Positions 53,469 through 55,584 of a DNA stretch of 55,584 bases are shown in pieces. The DNA is from a virus (Duplodnaviria > Caudoviricetes), in IMG/VR virus record IMGVR_UViG_3300012985_000002, positions 1-55,584 of that record. One strand, 5' to 3'. Position numbers and translations under genes: made by a program. The notes beneath the pieces were generated by a model, which was not told the origin of the DNA, did not search any database, and saw only the letters and a list, made by a program, of their open reading frames with translations. Each line of letters starts with the position of its first letter. The stretch's first letter is position 1.

Positions 53469-53921
53469 TCAACGACCGTTGTCGGGATCGTTGAACGGGT
53501 CGTACATGAGGTCGTTGAAGCTCTGGTTCTTGAGCTTCTCCGCTTCCTCATCCACGATCTTCTCGATGCGCTTGATCTGGTCCTCTTCGCTCTCGCCAAG
53601 CGGACCATCCCACGATGCATCGTCGGGACGAGCGATCGCATCGAAACAGAACTCGCAGAAGCCGCTGATCCTGACCTCTGCCACGCCGAGCTGAGTGTAG
53701 CAGTGGCCCGGCATCAGCGATGCGACCGCTCCGTAGTGGAAGCAGGGGAACTTGCAGTTCACGCAGTGCGTGAGGATCCCCTGCATCTGCTTGACGTGCT
53801 CGAGAGCCTCGAGCCACGGGAACGTGTTCTCCCCCTGCGGAGGCAGCTCATCGGCAGGCCAGGTCTTGAAGGCCTCGATGAACTGATCGAGCGTCCAGTC
53901 CTTAGTGTCGCCGAGCTCCAC
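53469..53921 (-). CDS. Hypothetical Cys-rich protein (150 aa)
   Basis: CVNC and CEFC motifs, RBS GAGGA. Confidence 0.7.
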   Translation of the reverse strand: MELGDTKDWTLDQFIEAFKTWPADELPPQGENTFPWLEALEHVKQMQGILTHCVNCKFPCFHYGAVASLMPGHCYTQLGVAEVRISGFCEFCFDAIARPDDASWDGPLGESEEDQIKRIEKIVDEEAEKLKNQSFNDLMYDPFNDPDNGR

Positions 53922-53922
53922 G

Positions 53923-54327
53923 TCAGTCCTCGCTCTCGATGATGTTGTTGGCGTCCTCGATGCGACGAGCCTTGGCGAGCTCGATCTGCTCTCGGATGTC
54001 GGGCACGAGGTCCTTGACCAGCGCCTGCCACTCGGTCAGGACCTGGTTGGCAGCCGTGAGGTTGTGGATGTGCGAGCGCATCGTGGCCTGCACCTCACGG
54101 TGCGTGTCGGCCTGCGACTGGATCTGACCGTGCAGACGAGCGATCTCGTTCTGGAACTCGAGACGCTGCTGCTCGCCCTCCACGATGATCTGCTCAGCGT
54201 CGGCGAGGTTGCCTGCACCCTGCTTGTTCATCGTCCACATGTCGACGATGACTCGGGCCTGGTCGAGGACCAGGGTCGTGGCACTCACTGCGTGCTGCAC
54301 GACTTCTTCGGGCGTGGACTGGTTCAT
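53923..54327 (-). CDS. Hypothetical coiled-coil protein (134 aa)
   Basis: RBS GGAGG, ATGA coupling. Confidence 0.7.
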   Translation of the reverse strand: MNQSTPEEVVQHAVSATTLVLDQARVIVDMWTMNKQGAGNLADAEQIIVEGEQQRLEFQNEIARLHGQIQSQADTHREVQATMRSHIHNLTAANQVLTEWQALVKDLVPDIREQIELAKARRIEDANNIIESED

Positions 54328-54533
54328 GCTTCCCCTCCAAGGGTGATGGTGATCTGGTTCGGTCGGCCTGCAGCCTCCCAAACGTTGGGGTCGACGTGTG
54401 CCGTGATGATCGGCACTTCCACGTCTGCGTACTCCTGGTAGTTCACTCGCTGCTTGACCGTGACGGTCTCGTCGCTCTTGAAGGACGCAGCCTTCTTGTT
54501 GAGCGAAGCGAGCGATGCGGTGTGTTGCGTCAT
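54324..54533 (-). CDS. Hypothetical protein (69 aa)
   Basis: RBS AGAAGGA. Confidence 0.65.
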   Translation of the reverse strand: MTQHTASLASLNKKAASFKSDETVTVKQRVNYQEYADVEVPIITAHVDPNVWEAAGRPNQITITLGGEA

Positions 54534-54559
54534 CTCATTTCCTTCTATCGGTGGTGGAA

Positions 54560-54620
54560 CACCGGGCGGGGCGTTGTGCCACAGCCCCGCCCGGTGGGTC
54601 AAGCCTTCGAACAGTATACC
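54560..54620 (-). promoter_or_regulatory. -10 element GGTATACT (54613-54620) followed by a 13-bp hairpin (54560-54596)
   Basis: CACCGGGCGGGGC / GCCCCGCCCGGTG stem. Confidence 0.5.
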
Positions 54621-54970
54621 GCGTGCGGAGCGCAATAGCACTCTGCACAGAGCTTCTGGAGGTTGGCGACGGCCAGGCCGTACCGACCCTCATTTGAACG
54701 GGTGCGCTTGAAGCGCTCCACGTCGTGAATCTCTTCGAGTGTCATGGTCTCCAGCAGCTTGTTGAGGACCACGCGTCGTTGCATGACAGCGAGCTGAGTG
54801 CGACCGAGCGCCACAGCCAGTTCCTCGTCAGTTGCCTGACGAGTACGTGGCGTGTAGCCGAACAGGTAGCGGTCAATGACCGCCTGATCCTCGTCGGCAG
54901 TCCAGTACTGACGGTGGTTGTCAGCGGTCTTAAGCGTCCGCTGACGTACCTCTTCACGCTTCTCGTTCAT
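54599..54970 (-). CDS. Myb/SANT-like HTH DNA-binding protein with C-terminal Cys cluster (123 aa)
   Basis: WTADED...ELAVALGRT..AV..RR and CAECYC..H...C motifs. Confidence 0.7.
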   Translation of the reverse strand: MNEKREEVRQRTLKTADNHRQYWTADEDQAVIDRYLFGYTPRTRQATDEELAVALGRTQLAVMQRRVVLNKLLETMTLEEIHDVERFKRTRSNEGRYGLAVANLQKLCAECYCAPHAVYCSKA

Positions 54971-55154
54971 CAATGACCTCAATCTCTCCGGTGTTCGTGA
55001 CCTCAGCCTCGCCAAGCGCGAGGTTGTTCAGGCTCCGATTCACGAAGCCCATGTTGTGCTTGTCCATCTCGTTCATGCCGACGATGGTGAGCCACACGAT
55101 CAGCAAGCTGATCAGTAGCGCACCACCGCCGACGGCGAGGAGCAACTCAAACAC
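54954..55154 (-). CDS. Small membrane protein (66 aa)
   Basis: N-terminal TM segment. Confidence 0.6.
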   Translation of the reverse strand: MFELLLAVGGGALLISLLIVWLTIVGMNEMDKHNMGFVNRSLNNLALGEAEVTNTGEIEVIDEREA

Positions 55155-55497
55155 TGGTGTTGATGAGGTCGAAGGCCACGTACTCGCCGGACCGAAGCTG
55201 CAGCTTGAGCCGCAGGTTGTAGTCCATCGAGTACTGCGAAACAGCCGACACGGCCTGGTAGGCTGTGTCGTACTTCTTGGTTTCCACGAACTCGTCAGTC
55301 CGAGCGTCGTGAAGCGTCACCAGAGCCTGCACCACTTCGTGGGGCTCGAGCTCAGCGATGCGAGCGTACAGCATCGAGCTGTCGGTGAGCGACTCACCGT
55401 GCTTGTAGCCGACGTTGTAGAAGATGAGACCTGCAACAATGCAGAGGATCACGCCGAAGATGACGGCGAAGAACAATGCCTGACCTACGGTCATCAT
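55147..55497 (-). CDS. Membrane-anchored hypothetical protein (116 aa), first gene of the leftward arm
   Basis: N-terminal TM segment. The 5' end is duplicated at 1-36 by the terminal overlap. Confidence 0.7.
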   Translation of the reverse strand: MMTVGQALFFAVIFGVILCIVAGLIFYNVGYKHGESLTDSSMLYARIAELEPHEVVQALVTLHDARTDEFVETKKYDTAYQAVSAVSQYSMDYNLRLKLQLRSGEYVAFDLINTSV

Positions 55498-55584
55498 TGT
55501 AATACCTACTCTCTGAGTAACTAGGTTAAAGAGACTATTCTCTTATTCCATCCCTGTTACCCCTAAAGATACTTTAGTATTGCA
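55462..55584 (+). repeat. Terminal direct repeat, right copy
   Basis: Identical to 1-123. Confidence 0.95.

Larger units (their letters stand above)
1..55584. mobile_element. Complete lytic podovirus-type actinobacteriophage genome (Microbacterium EK/EM-like organisation)
   Basis: Terminase, portal, capsid, tail nozzle, endolysin, PolA, Prim-Pol, helicases and WhiB (an actinobacterial marker) are present. No tape measure or integrase was seen. The ends overlap by 123 bp. Confidence 0.92.

Noticed and set aside
1-55584. Integrase, repressor, tRNA genes, introns or inteins
   Set aside because: None recognised. Terminase, PolA and the helicases are of normal length and uninterrupted.

Overview
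The window looks like one complete lytic actinobacteriophage genome of podovirus type. It is about 55.46 kb, and bases 1-123 recur exactly at 55462-55584. Its layout resembles what I recall of Microbacterium cluster EK/EM phages, which I could not verify here. A non-coding control region (about 37-1790) separates two divergent arms. The rightward arm (1794-37690) holds a 4484-aa giant protein, portal, major capsid, tail and receptor-binding proteins, an M15 endolysin with three membrane proteins, probable ejection proteins, tail adaptor and nozzle, and the large terminase. The leftward arm (55497 down to 37572) holds small early genes, DUF932, SSB, a Cas4-like nuclease, family A DNA polymerase, NrdH, a RuvC-like resolvase, WhiB, two helicases and a Prim-Pol. 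I saw no integrase, repressor, tape measure, tRNA or CRISPR array. Main finding: the giant protein carries both catalytic signatures of two-barrel (cellular-type) RNA polymerases. These are a beta'-like R-x-P...DxDGD motif (aa 793-839) and a beta-like G-x-K-M-x3-H-G-x-K motif (aa 2917-2927). They lie in reversed order about 2080 aa apart, suggesting an unusual single-chain, virion-packaged RNA polymerase fused to ejection domains. Secondary findings are probable overprinted genes, an iteron-like GTAAC array with mini-hairpins, and several structured non-coding elements. All assignments come from reading motifs by eye; no searches were run.
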